Shown: piece after piece, positions 19,112 through 26,638 of the stretch
Numbering within the stretch: the stretch's first letter is position 1
Layout: every line of letters starts with the position of its first letter
Origin: a virus
Taxonomy: Duplodnaviria; Caudoviricetes
DNA: 30,418 nucleotides
Reading direction: 5' to 3' (one strand)
Virus record (IMG/VR): IMGVR_UViG_3300037991_003814
Location: 1-30,418 of that record
Made by a program: the position numbers and the translations under genes
The notes under the pieces: generated by a model
Database searches by the model: none
What the model saw: the letters and a program-made list of their open reading frames with translations, nothing else
Told to the model about the DNA's origin: nothing

Positions 19112-19804
19112 ATGTTCAGTTATTATGGCAGCAAGAGTAAGATCGTCAATCTGTACCCAGAACCTGCGCACGACCTAATCATAGAGCCTTTTGCGGGAAG
19201 CGCTAGGTATTCTTTGAGATATTGGCAGCGCGACGTCATTTTATGCGACAAGTATCAGGTGATTACGGATGTGTGGAAGTGGCTTCAAAAGTGCAGTGCA
19301 AAGGATTTAGATGCGTTGCCCCTACTTCGCGCAGGAGATAAACTTGAAGACTACGACCTTTGCGATGAAGAGCGGAACTACCTAGGTTTTGTCATCAGCG
19401 AAGGAGTAAGTAGCCCTAGAAAGACCGTGACTCAAAGAGCCGCGAAGAAAGTCAACTACAAGATTCAGAACACAAAAAACATTCTCCATAAGATTAGGCA
19501 TTGGAAAATTGTTTGCGATTCCTACCAATCTATGAGGTCATTGCAAACTGAGGCAACTTGGTTTGTAGACCCTCCTTACCAGAATGGAGGCGAGCACTAC
19601 CCTTGTTCTTCCAAACAAATAGACTACAACGACTTAGCCGAATTTTGTCTAACTCGTAATGGACAGGTGATTGTGTGTGAAAACAACAACGCTAATTGGC
19701 TGCCTTTCAATAACCTGAAATCTGTTTGGGGAGGTCGCAAGTCCAGCACAGAAGTATTATATTGCAACAACCAACCCATTCAGCATGGACTTTTTTTTCA
19801 ATAA
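19112..19804 (+). CDS. DNA adenine methyltransferase (D12/Dam-like, group alpha)
   Basis: 'FSYYGSK', motif I 'EPFAGSA' and catalytic 'FVDPPY'. Confidence 0.9.
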   Translation: MFSYYGSKSKIVNLYPEPAHDLIIEPFAGSARYSLRYWQRDVILCDKYQVITDVWKWLQKCSAKDLDALPLLRAGDKLEDYDLCDEERNYLGFVISEGVSSPRKTVTQRAAKKVNYKIQNTKNILHKIRHWKIVCDSYQSMRSLQTEATWFVDPPYQNGGEHYPCSSKQIDYNDLAEFCLTRNGQVIVCENNNANWLPFNNLKSVWGGRKSSTEVLYCNNQPIQHGLFFQ

Positions 19805-19955
19805 CTGGAGTGAGATTCTTCTCACCATCATCACCGCAGCGGGTACAATCACCGCGCTGACCGAAACCGAGAAAGACGATAAAATCGTCGATGTACTGAG
19901 ACGCATCCTTCAAGCTGTCGTCTTGGGAAAGAATCGTCGCCGCCTCAAAAAGTAA
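19785..19955 (+). CDS. Putative holin (56 aa, not in ORF track)
   Basis: Translated by hand as MDFFFNNWSEILLTIITAAGTITALTETEKDDKIVDVLRRILQAVVLGKNRRRLKK: a hydrophobic helix with a basic tail. It ends 2 nt before the amidase ATG. Confidence 0.7.
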   Translation: MDFFFNNWSEILLTIITAAGTITALTETEKDDKIVDVLRRILQAVVLGKNRRRLKK

Positions 19956-19957
19956 GC

Positions 19958-20407
19958 ATGAGGCCCGTCAACAAGATCATCATTCACCATACTGCAACTA
20001 AACGCGAGGAGCAGTACGATGTGGAATGGTGCAATCGCCTTCACAAGTCCTTTGGATGGAAGATGATTGGCTACCACTTCTTCATTGAGCATGATGGCAA
20101 GTTGAGTGCTGGTCGCCCACTTGGCATGACAGGAGCGCACGCCAAGGGGAACAACTACGACAGCATAGGGGTCGCTTTCGTCGGTGGGAGGGACACACGC
20201 AACAAGGATGCTTGCACAATCACAGAGGCGCAATGGTTGACTCTACAGAAGATTTGCAACGCCTTCCGTGTGCTCTACGGCGACAACATTCCTATACATG
20301 GCCACCGCATGTACAAGAACACCTTTTGCCCTGGCTTTGATGCCGAGAAGATAGACTGGGATGGCACGTGGGAAGACGCGGAGAAAGTCATCTACCCGAA
20401 AGGGTAA
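19958..20407 (+). CDS. Endolysin, N-acetylmuramoyl-L-alanine amidase (Amidase_2, T7 lysozyme-like)
   Basis: 'IIIHHTAT', 'IGYHFFI', 'GAHAKGNN..SIGV' and 'HGH....TFCPGF' zinc ligands. Confidence 0.93.
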   Translation: MRPVNKIIIHHTATKREEQYDVEWCNRLHKSFGWKMIGYHFFIEHDGKLSAGRPLGMTGAHAKGNNYDSIGVAFVGGRDTRNKDACTITEAQWLTLQKICNAFRVLYGDNIPIHGHRMYKNTFCPGFDAEKIDWDGTWEDAEKVIYPKG

Positions 20408-20789
20408 GATAAGTCCTAGCGAATTCGAGGTGCAATGCGCCGTCGTGGACTACGTAGACGCTCACGCCCCCGATCTATTGTACTGCGCCACCGTAGGTGG
20501 TGCTCGGATGTCAATAGCTGAGGCAAAGAAGATTAAGAGGTCAGGGTATCGCAAGGGTATCCCTGACCTCATCTTTTATGAGCCACGCGGCATCTACAAG
20601 GGCTTGATGATTGAGATCAAGCGTAAAGGAGGAAGAGCCAGCGACCATCAGAAAGAATGGCTACTGGCTCTAAACGAACGTGGCTACAGAGCAGAACTCT
20701 GTTTCGGAGAGGAGGAATGCCTGAACGTTATTCGGGGATACTTTGCTTGCGACAATATTGTTTGGCCTCTGAGCGGTCAAACAGACTGA
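20361..20789 (+). CDS. VRR-NUC domain nuclease (putative Holliday junction resolvase)
   Basis: 'SEFEVQ', 'G.RKGIPDL' and 'GLMIEIKRKGGRASDHQKEW' PD-(D/E)xK pattern. Confidence 0.88.
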   Translation: MARGKTRRKSSTRKGKISPSEFEVQCAVVDYVDAHAPDLLYCATVGGARMSIAEAKKIKRSGYRKGIPDLIFYEPRGIYKGLMIEIKRKGGRASDHQKEWLLALNERGYRAELCFGEEECLNVIRGYFACDNIVWPLSGQTD

Positions 20790-20982
20790 CGCTGACAGCT
20801 ACGTCCAACGCATCGGCCCATCGGCCAATGGTGTCGAACTTAGGTGTGAGCTTGCCATTCTCATAGCGACTGAGGTTGGCCTTACCGATGTTGCTGGCGT
20901 CAGCTACTTCATCGATGGTGATGCGACGCTCACGGCGGATACGCTTGAGGTCGGCACAGAGGTCTTGGAGGATATCATTCAT
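20728..20982 (-). CDS. XRE-family helix-turn-helix regulator
   Basis: 'LKRIRRERRITIDEVADASNIGKANLSRYENGKLTP' is a classic HTH_3 pattern. Confidence 0.9.
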   Translation of the reverse strand: MNDILQDLCADLKRIRRERRITIDEVADASNIGKANLSRYENGKLTPKFDTIGRWADALDVAVSVSLFDRSEAKQYCRKQSIPE

Positions 20983-21728
20983 GACTCTAGGATTTGATTC
21001 TGGACGCGAATATAGCCATTTTTGCTAACATCCACAATAGCGTATCCATGTTGCCAATCATTTCTGGGGTGATACCGTGGGTTTGGCTCCCCAAGATGCC
21101 CAATGACGTGGCATTGAATGAGCTTGCCAGCCCCATCTCTAGTGTAGAAGACGTCAGGTCTGTGTAGGTGTCCACACATGGCGCTCTTATGCATCTTGGC
21201 AAAGAGCTTACGGCTGGGGTTGACACCACCGATGCCGCGCATCTCATGCCCATGGAGGAACGTCATGTCGCCGCAATGAATAAACCCGTTTTTGATGTAG
21301 GGTATCTCTATCTCCTCCAGCCCCAACAACGCCTCCATACGCAAGCTTGGTAGGTCGCTTAGCTCATTGGCATTGCGTTGAATGTACGCGTCTAGGCGCA
21401 CCTCATGGTTGCCCTCGACGTAGTAGATCTTGGCGTTGGGGAACCGCTCTCTGATGCCGTACAGCAATTGCTTGCCAATGATGAGTTCCTCCGTAAAGGA
21501 CAGCGTGTCGTTGTCATTGGGATACTTGCTGATACGATGGAAATCCAAAACGTCACCCAAGAGGATGACGCTGTCTGGATCTTCGATGCTGGACATGGCT
21601 TGAGTCAAGGCTTCCACATCGTGGTATGGACAATGGATGTCGCTAAGGACAAGGATCGTCTGATTCCGAGGAATCTTGATGTCAGCCTTACGCTTCTTGT
21701 AGAACGATTCGGGGATGTTGAGGTTCAC
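20979..21728 (-). CDS. Calcineurin-like metallophosphoesterase
   Basis: SDIH, LGDVLD, GNHE, HGH and GHLH motifs occur in the correct order. Confidence 0.92.
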   Translation of the reverse strand: MNLNIPESFYKKRKADIKIPRNQTILVLSDIHCPYHDVEALTQAMSSIEDPDSVILLGDVLDFHRISKYPNDNDTLSFTEELIIGKQLLYGIRERFPNAKIYYVEGNHEVRLDAYIQRNANELSDLPSLRMEALLGLEEIEIPYIKNGFIHCGDMTFLHGHEMRGIGGVNPSRKLFAKMHKSAMCGHLHRPDVFYTRDGAGKLIQCHVIGHLGEPNPRYHPRNDWQHGYAIVDVSKNGYIRVQNQILES

Positions 21729-22036
21729 GGTTCAAGTCCTGATATCATACGGATGAATGCCGCTACTCTTTTCTGCGAGGGGGCATACTCATAGCGCACA
21801 TCTAAAACATGTCCGTCGAAGTAGTTCCGCAACTTGTCGTACTTCTCCCACGTCAGGTCCGAATCTAGAATCTCTTCCACATAGTGCTTGTGAACATTGT
21901 CTTCGAACTTACAGCGGTCTAGCAACGCCAGGAGGCGGTCCTGAATCTTCCACAGATCCTGTTCTGCTATCTCGTCTTCCTTACTTTCGATCGTGCCTTC
22001 AACGGCATCGAACATGTCATCTATCCAGTCGCTCAT
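21725..22036 (-). CDS. Hypothetical acidic protein
   Basis: 103-aa ORF overlapping both neighbours in the - strand operon. Confidence 0.7.
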   Translation of the reverse strand: MSDWIDDMFDAVEGTIESKEDEIAEQDLWKIQDRLLALLDRCKFEDNVHKHYVEEILDSDLTWEKYDKLRNYFDGHVLDVRYEYAPSQKRVAAFIRMISGLEP

Positions 22037-22958
22037 ATTGCTCTATTGCTTTGAAGATTTGATAAGCCACTTGCGGGACTATGGCGTTGCCGTAGGCTTT
22101 GATGGATTCCTTTCGCCACTTAGAAAAGGTGACAGAGTCCAGTTCTCTGGGAATCCCATCATCTCCTCCACAAACAGGGGGTTGAGTTGGGAAGGATTCA
22201 AAGTTGGGTCTTGCATGTTTTCCCCCAGTGTCTTCATGACAACGGTCAGCCCGATCTGTTTGCCCTTCTCTAATCGACGCTGATTGCACGCGTTGTTCAT
22301 GCTTCCCCTGTCTCTGTTGTCCGCTGCGTTCGGGGTGGGTAGAAGCCCATGGGCTGATAACTTCATCATGGTCGGCATGTAATTGCTCATGATCTCTTGC
22401 GCTAATGTCCCGCTGTCTCCGCTGACAGGATTCGCCTTGCCACTTGTCACATGAGCGTCCATCTGCGTTGGCGTCTTTAGCAATGTACCATACACGCTGT
22501 CGCTTGTGGGGAGCGTTGACGCTTGCAGCAGGAAGTAAGAACGGTTGTACGGCGTACCCAAAAGCTTCCAAGTCAGCGCACACCTCTTCGAAGACCAGCC
22601 CTCCATTCCAACTAACAAGGCCGCGAACGTTTTCGCCCACGACGTAGCGCGGGGTGCATTCTCGAATAATGCGCAGCATCTCTGGCCACAGGTGGCGCTC
22701 ATCACCTTTTCCCCGCCTTCGTCCGGCTGCGCTGTATGGTTGGCAGGGAAATCCTCCTGTGAGGATATCAATTCGTCCAGCGTAAGCTGTCGCGTCAAAT
22801 TCTTTGATGTCTCCATATTGTTTCGATTCTGGAAAGTGGTGTCTCAGCACTCGTCTCGGAAACTCCTCCCACTCGCAGTTAAAGATGTTGTTCCATCCCA
22901 TCCATTGCGCTGCAAGGTCGAAGCCACCGATTCCAGAGAAGAGGCTACCATGGTTCAT
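22017..22958 (-). CDS. DNA cytosine-5 methyltransferase, catalytic (alpha) chain
   Basis: Motif I 'SLFSGIGG', IV 'GGFPCQPYS', VI 'ENV', VIII 'HKRQRV' and X 'YGNAIVPQVA'. There is no motif IX in this frame. Confidence 0.93.
   Translation of the reverse strand: MNHGSLFSGIGGFDLAAQWMGWNNIFNCEWEEFPRRVLRHHFPESKQYGDIKEFDATAYAGRIDILTGGFPCQPYSAAGRRRGKGDERHLWPEMLRIIRECTPRYVVGENVRGLVSWNGGLVFEEVCADLEAFGYAVQPFLLPAASVNAPHKRQRVWYIAKDANADGRSCDKWQGESCQRRQRDISARDHEQLHADHDEVISPWASTHPERSGQQRQGKHEQRVQSASIREGQTDRADRCHEDTGGKHARPNFESFPTQPPVCGGDDGIPRELDSVTFSKWRKESIKAYGNAIVPQVAYQIFKAIEQYERLDR
22079..22816 (-). CDS. Nested +1-frame ORF: putative C5-MTase beta chain carrying TRD-like repeats and motif IX
   Basis: 245 codons are open entirely inside the MTase gene. 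They contain 'LLKTP', 'LLPTP' and the motif-IX-like 'LNPLFVEEMMGFPENWT'. The start is uncertain (22816 or 22702). Confidence 0.75.
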   Translation of the reverse strand: METSKNLTRQLTLDELISSQEDFPANHTAQPDEGGEKVMSATCGQRCCALFENAPRATSWAKTFAALLVGMEGWSSKRCALTWKLLGTPYNRSYFLLQASTLPTSDSVYGTLLKTPTQMDAHVTSGKANPVSGDSGTLAQEIMSNYMPTMMKLSAHGLLPTPNAADNRDRGSMNNACNQRRLEKGKQIGLTVVMKTLGENMQDPTLNPSQLNPLFVEEMMGFPENWTLSPFLSGERNPSKPTATP

Positions 22959-23359
22959 TCTTTGCCGTCTAGCTCATCCTCACCAAGGATGTTGTGTTGG
23001 TACAGGCCCACAAGCTTCAACACCACACGAGAGAGAGCACGTTTCTCCGCCATCTCAGGCAGGTAGGCCGTCTGGCAGTTCTTAGGGCATGCCGATCCAT
23101 AAGTCTGCATCTCCACAAACTGCTTCGTGTTCTCGTATTCCATCAGGATGCGGCCCGTCGCCTTGACACAGAAAAACATAGGCTCTGTCAACACCTCATC
23201 GTAGGTCACCGTGATGCCGTAGTTCGCTTGGATCTTTTCGATGCCCTTGCGCTTGATGATGCAGTAGTGCTTGTGGAAGTGGAAGTCGTCCTTGACCAAA
23301 CCACACTCGTCTGCGAGGAGTCGGAATTCCGTCTTTTGCTCTTCAGTAAGTTGTCCCAT
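22955..23359 (-). CDS. Hypothetical protein, possible Rad52/Sak-like single-strand annealing protein
   Basis: The ORF is well supported by an A-rich leader and an overlap with the MTase start. The function is guessed only from 'EMAEKRALSRVVLKLVGL...GEDE'. Confidence 0.5.
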   Translation of the reverse strand: MGQLTEEQKTEFRLLADECGLVKDDFHFHKHYCIIKRKGIEKIQANYGITVTYDEVLTEPMFFCVKATGRILMEYENTKQFVEMQTYGSACPKNCQTAYLPEMAEKRALSRVVLKLVGLYQHNILGEDELDGKE

Positions 23360-23370
23360 TTTTTTTTTGG

Positions 23371-23496
23371 TTAGTAGCCCTGCTTGCTGCCAGGCTTAGT
23401 GAATCCTTTCTTGTTCTTCAAGTTGGCAAAGACCTTCTGGCGCATCTCCAGGCGCTCCTTGGCTTTGCGGGGTTTGACGTATCCTCTTTTACTCAT
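23371..23496 (-). CDS. Small basic protein (41 aa, not in ORF track)
   Basis: Translated by hand as MSKRGYVKPRKAKERLEMRQKVFANLKNKKGFTKPGSKQGY. It exactly fills the gap between two operon genes. Confidence 0.65.
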   Translation of the reverse strand: MSKRGYVKPRKAKERLEMRQKVFANLKNKKGFTKPGSKQGY

Positions 23497-23498
23497 TG

Positions 23499-23756
23499 TC
23501 AGTTGTTTTGTGAATCTTCTTCTTCTTTCACGATGATGGCCACCTTGGCTAGGTTCAGCAGAATATCGTATTGATCAAACAGGAACAAAAAGAGATCAAG
23601 CAATTGAGCCTCATTCCCGTTGATCGCCACGCTGAATCGTTCGCCACATGGGCTGCTCCTGATGTAGATGTGCCCTATGCCTTCCTCTCGGAGCTTCTCC
23701 GTGAGAATTAGAATGTTGTCATCGATCAGGCTGTATTCGTCGTCGTCTAAGTCCAT
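23499..23756 (-). CDS. Hypothetical protein
   Basis: 85 aa, tightly packed in the operon. Confidence 0.65.
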   Translation of the reverse strand: MDLDDDEYSLIDDNILILTEKLREEGIGHIYIRSSPCGERFSVAINGNEAQLLDLFLFLFDQYDILLNLAKVAIIVKEEEDSQNN

Positions 23757-24076
23757 TTCTCTATGCTTCGTTTGAGGGTGTCTACTTCTTTTTGCAATCT
23801 AAAGTTTTCTTCCTCAAGCTGCTGCACACGTACTTGGCTTTTCAGGCTAACATTTCTCTCGACGGCCAGACTATGGCATATCTGCCCATATCTGTTCTCC
23901 AGTCCCCACTCCTGATCGAGCATGATCACCAAGCAGTTCTCCATGCTTTTGAGTCGGCGTTTCCACCGTGAATCCGTTTCTTCTTGGTGCCATTGCCGTA
24001 TGTTCTCCATAAAGCCGCCAACACGCAGTCTGTTGCTGATTCTCTCTAGTGTGCTCTTTTGGTCCGCATACATCAT
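23747..24076 (-). CDS. Hypothetical coiled-coil protein
   Basis: 109 aa, with an ATGA overlap to the helicase stop and C-terminal heptads. Confidence 0.7.
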   Translation of the reverse strand: MMYADQKSTLERISNRLRVGGFMENIRQWHQEETDSRWKRRLKSMENCLVIMLDQEWGLENRYGQICHSLAVERNVSLKSQVRVQQLEEENFRLQKEVDTLKRSIEKWT

Positions 24077-24972
24077 ATGTCCTCAAAGTGATTGGTTTGT
24101 CTGTTCAGGCGAAGCTTGGCCGTGCCCAGCCGACCTGTGCCCTTAGGCTTGCTCTTTTGGTTGATGATCCACGTTTCGCCATCTTGAATGATTGGCTCTC
24201 CCTCCCGCATAATCTGATCGACAGGTGGGCGATACACCAACAGCATTGTAAAGGCCCTCCGATACCATGCCTGGCCACCCGCCCACTCTTGTGGTAGGGC
24301 TGGCTTCTGATACCTCTTGCCTCCCAATGTCGTTGCGTCAGCGTTGAGCTTTGCGATGTGGTTGCAGATGATGTCCACCCGATCGTGCTTGGCGCTGTGG
24401 AGCCTGACCTTACGCAGTTCCTCCGTTAGCCATACGTCCTCGCGCCCACCTACATTTCTCAGGTCGCGGGCCACGTCGTTCCATGGGTCAATCACCGTGG
24501 TGTCCACCTGTAGGTCTGCGGCTGTAGCGTAAAACAGATCGGGGGTGAACCCGCTGTCTCCCACAGCGTCCCCATCAAAGAAGGTGAAGTGATCGTTGAC
24601 CCATCGTACAGCCACCTCGAATTCGGTGTCTGTCATGTGGGCTTGTTCCTTCCCTCTCCAATCAATTCGCCTAGCAGGCTTGCGCACGTACAATTCGCAG
24701 AAGTCTAGGATGAGTTCATCCACGCTTCCTTCCTCGCCCATGTAGACGAAGTGCTTCCACTGGTGGCGCTCACTCCAACACGTTAGAAGCCACTTAAGAA
24801 ATAACGATTTGCCATGATGCGGAGCACCCGCGACGAAAAGCGGATATCCTTTTCTCGGAATGTATAAGTCGTCAAGTTGGGCATTCCCCGTAACGACTGG
24901 ATCAGGTCTTTGCTCATTGCGTAAGTTTTGCAATCCAGCATACCTCTCGCTTGCTTTCTGTGTCAGGTTCAT
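24073..24972 (-). CDS. SF4/DnaB-like replicative helicase domain
   Basis: Walker A 'GAPHHGKS', 'MGEE', Walker B 'VIDPWN', 'NHIAK' and 'QKSKPKGTGRLG'. It lies directly after the initiator gene. Confidence 0.82.
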   Translation of the reverse strand: MNLTQKASERYAGLQNLRNEQRPDPVVTGNAQLDDLYIPRKGYPLFVAGAPHHGKSLFLKWLLTCWSERHQWKHFVYMGEEGSVDELILDFCELYVRKPARRIDWRGKEQAHMTDTEFEVAVRWVNDHFTFFDGDAVGDSGFTPDLFYATAADLQVDTTVIDPWNDVARDLRNVGGREDVWLTEELRKVRLHSAKHDRVDIICNHIAKLNADATTLGGKRYQKPALPQEWAGGQAWYRRAFTMLLVYRPPVDQIMREGEPIIQDGETWIINQKSKPKGTGRLGTAKLRLNRQTNHFEDI

Positions 24973-25493
24973 ACTCCCGTGAATTCATCGTTCCACTTCA
25001 CCTGATCGAATGGCAGTTGCTGGATACGGGTAAGTTGCAGGTACTCCTGAAATTTTTTTCCAAACAACGTACTAGGTCTAAGGTGTTGCCTCATCCTACG
25101 ATCCGGCTGCCATTCTCTGGCGCGGTCCTCAATTACTGCTCCATAGTCCTCAAGCTTGTTGTGTCCAGACTTGTACAGGATGCTTACATATGGACTCACA
25201 TCATCTACGCCGTAATCTGTCCCAAGGACGTCATTCAGCTTGCGCACCACCTTTGCACAGAACTTGTTGATGTCGTCGCTTAATGGTTGGCAAAAAAGGG
25301 TGGACAGCCGTTGCCGCCCACCCTTATGAACCAAAAAAGAAACTAGAGCACGAGAATCGCTCTCGGACAAATCTAGTTGTTTCACGACGTCATTGACGTT
25401 CTGTCCATAGTGAATTTTCACCAATGCTTTCAACATGGTCAGCCCCTCGAAGTCAAGAGCCGCAAGCTCAGTCAAATTCACTTGGATCAGCAT
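24969..25493 (-). CDS. Replication initiator-like protein with conserved phage C-terminal domain
   Basis: C-terminal 'EW..D.RMRQHLRPSTLFGKKFQEYL' (Phg_2220_C-like), adjacent to the helicase. Confidence 0.75.
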   Translation of the reverse strand: MLIQVNLTELAALDFEGLTMLKALVKIHYGQNVNDVVKQLDLSESDSRALVSFLVHKGGRQRLSTLFCQPLSDDINKFCAKVVRKLNDVLGTDYGVDDVSPYVSILYKSGHNKLEDYGAVIEDRAREWQPDRRMRQHLRPSTLFGKKFQEYLQLTRIQQLPFDQVKWNDEFTGV

Positions 25494-25795
25494 CAGAACG
25501 GCAAGTCCTCACCGTTTGCAACATTGCCAGGCGCCGCTGGCTGAGCATTTCCAGAGGGTGTCCCTTGCGACTTTGGCTTGAGGTATTTTGCAAAGCCCAA
25601 CAGCGGGCCTTTGATGCCCTTGTCGTAGTCTTCCTTCGGCACCTTAACCACGCAGCAGTAGTCGCTGTACTGCTTGTTGTCCAGCTCGATCATGCGCATG
25701 TTGATGTACTGCTCGCCGTTCTCGGCTGTCACAGCAAATTTCATGGCCTCTCTCAGGGCGGAGACCTTAACACCCAAATCAATGATTTTCTTCAT
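25493..25795 (-). CDS. Putative single-stranded DNA-binding protein
   Basis: Beta-rich core, Pro/Ala/Gly linker and an acidic 'EDLPF' C-terminal tip. Confidence 0.7.
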   Translation of the reverse strand: MKKIIDLGVKVSALREAMKFAVTAENGEQYINMRMIELDNKQYSDYCCVVKVPKEDYDKGIKGPLLGFAKYLKPKSQGTPSGNAQPAAPGNVANGEDLPF

Positions 25796-26144
25796 AAGGG
25801 TAACGGTTTAAAATTGTCAATGCTTTGTTGTAGAATTCCATGGTGATGGGGTCACCAATACCCAACCGCTCGTTGGTCTTCTTTACGTGATAACATACCG
25901 TGGTGCGGTCTTTCTTCAGGAGATCTCCGATGTCGTAGTCCATCATCGAGAAGTGTTCCCGAAGCACATACATGATCATAGCGCGGACTTCGATGATTTT
26001 TTTTCTGCGGTTCAATTCTTGGACCGACTTCAGGCTCACCTTGTTTGCCTGCAAATAGTTGTAGACGAACATGCGGGAACTCATGCTGTGCGTGCTCTCT
26101 GGAAGGCCAGGAAACACGTAGGGGCTAGGTTTCAGGACTGGCAT
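25779..26144 (-). CDS. DnaA C-terminal-like HTH DNA-binding protein
   Basis: 'RRKKIIEVRAMIMYVLREHF.....IGDLLKKDRTTVCYHVKK' resembles DnaA domain IV. The start is placed at MPVLKPSPYVFPGL (26144). Confidence 0.78.
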   Translation of the reverse strand: MPVLKPSPYVFPGLPESTHSMSSRMFVYNYLQANKVSLKSVQELNRRKKIIEVRAMIMYVLREHFSMMDYDIGDLLKKDRTTVCYHVKKTNERLGIGDPITMEFYNKALTILNRYPYEENH

Positions 26145-26437
26145 GGTTTGTCTGTCTGTACTTGAAACATGGGAATGTAGTTGTTGCCTCGTCGTGTGGC
26201 GCCTAGCCATTTGACATGCCCCATGAAATCCAGCATGCAAACACAATGCTGAACCTCATCAAACTTGGCCTCAGGCATGTGCTCTTGGACATACAGGTAG
26301 GCATCGTTGTACGTGAACCTGTTAAGCTCGCCCTCCTCAATGCCCTCTCTCAGGCACATGAAGATGTCGTACTGCTTGTCTCGGACGGGGTTGATCCTGT
26401 CGTTCACAAGTCTCTTCAATTTCTCAAAATAGTTCAT
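26132..26437 (-). CDS. Hypothetical protein (possible winged helix)
   Basis: 101 aa, the first gene after an AT-rich intergenic region with a promoter-like motif. Confidence 0.65.
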   Translation of the reverse strand: MNYFEKLKRLVNDRINPVRDKQYDIFMCLREGIEEGELNRFTYNDAYLYVQEHMPEAKFDEVQHCVCMLDFMGHVKWLGATRRGNNYIPMFQVQTDKPCQS

Positions 26438-26459
26438 GAATCATTTTTGGTGCGGGGGA

Positions 26460-26491
26460 CAATGTACGGACACACTTGTGATTTCCGCAAA
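26460..26491 (-). promoter_or_regulatory. Bacteroidota-type promoter candidate for the replication operon
   Basis: The - strand reads TTTG-N21-TACATTG about 22 nt upstream of the 26437 ATG. Confidence 0.5.
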
Positions 26492-26638
26492 TTATTTCCG
26501 AGATGTCCCCATCGCGAGAATTTAGAACATGTTTTCCTCTCTCTTTTTTTTTTGGGGCCATATACTTAAGTATATATTATATACCTAGATAGTCAAATAA
26601 GTAAGAAATAAGAGAGAGAATAATATACTTAGATAGGT

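Noticed and set aside
20728-20982. CI-like repressor / lysogeny module
   Set aside because: It is an HTH only, sits at the end of an operon, and has no peptidase domain, divergent cro, integrase or par genes.
19112-22958. Restriction-modification system (MTases plus VRR-NUC nuclease)
   Set aside because: The MTases are on opposite arms. The small VRR-NUC protein fits the common phage resolvase type rather than a cognate restriction enzyme.
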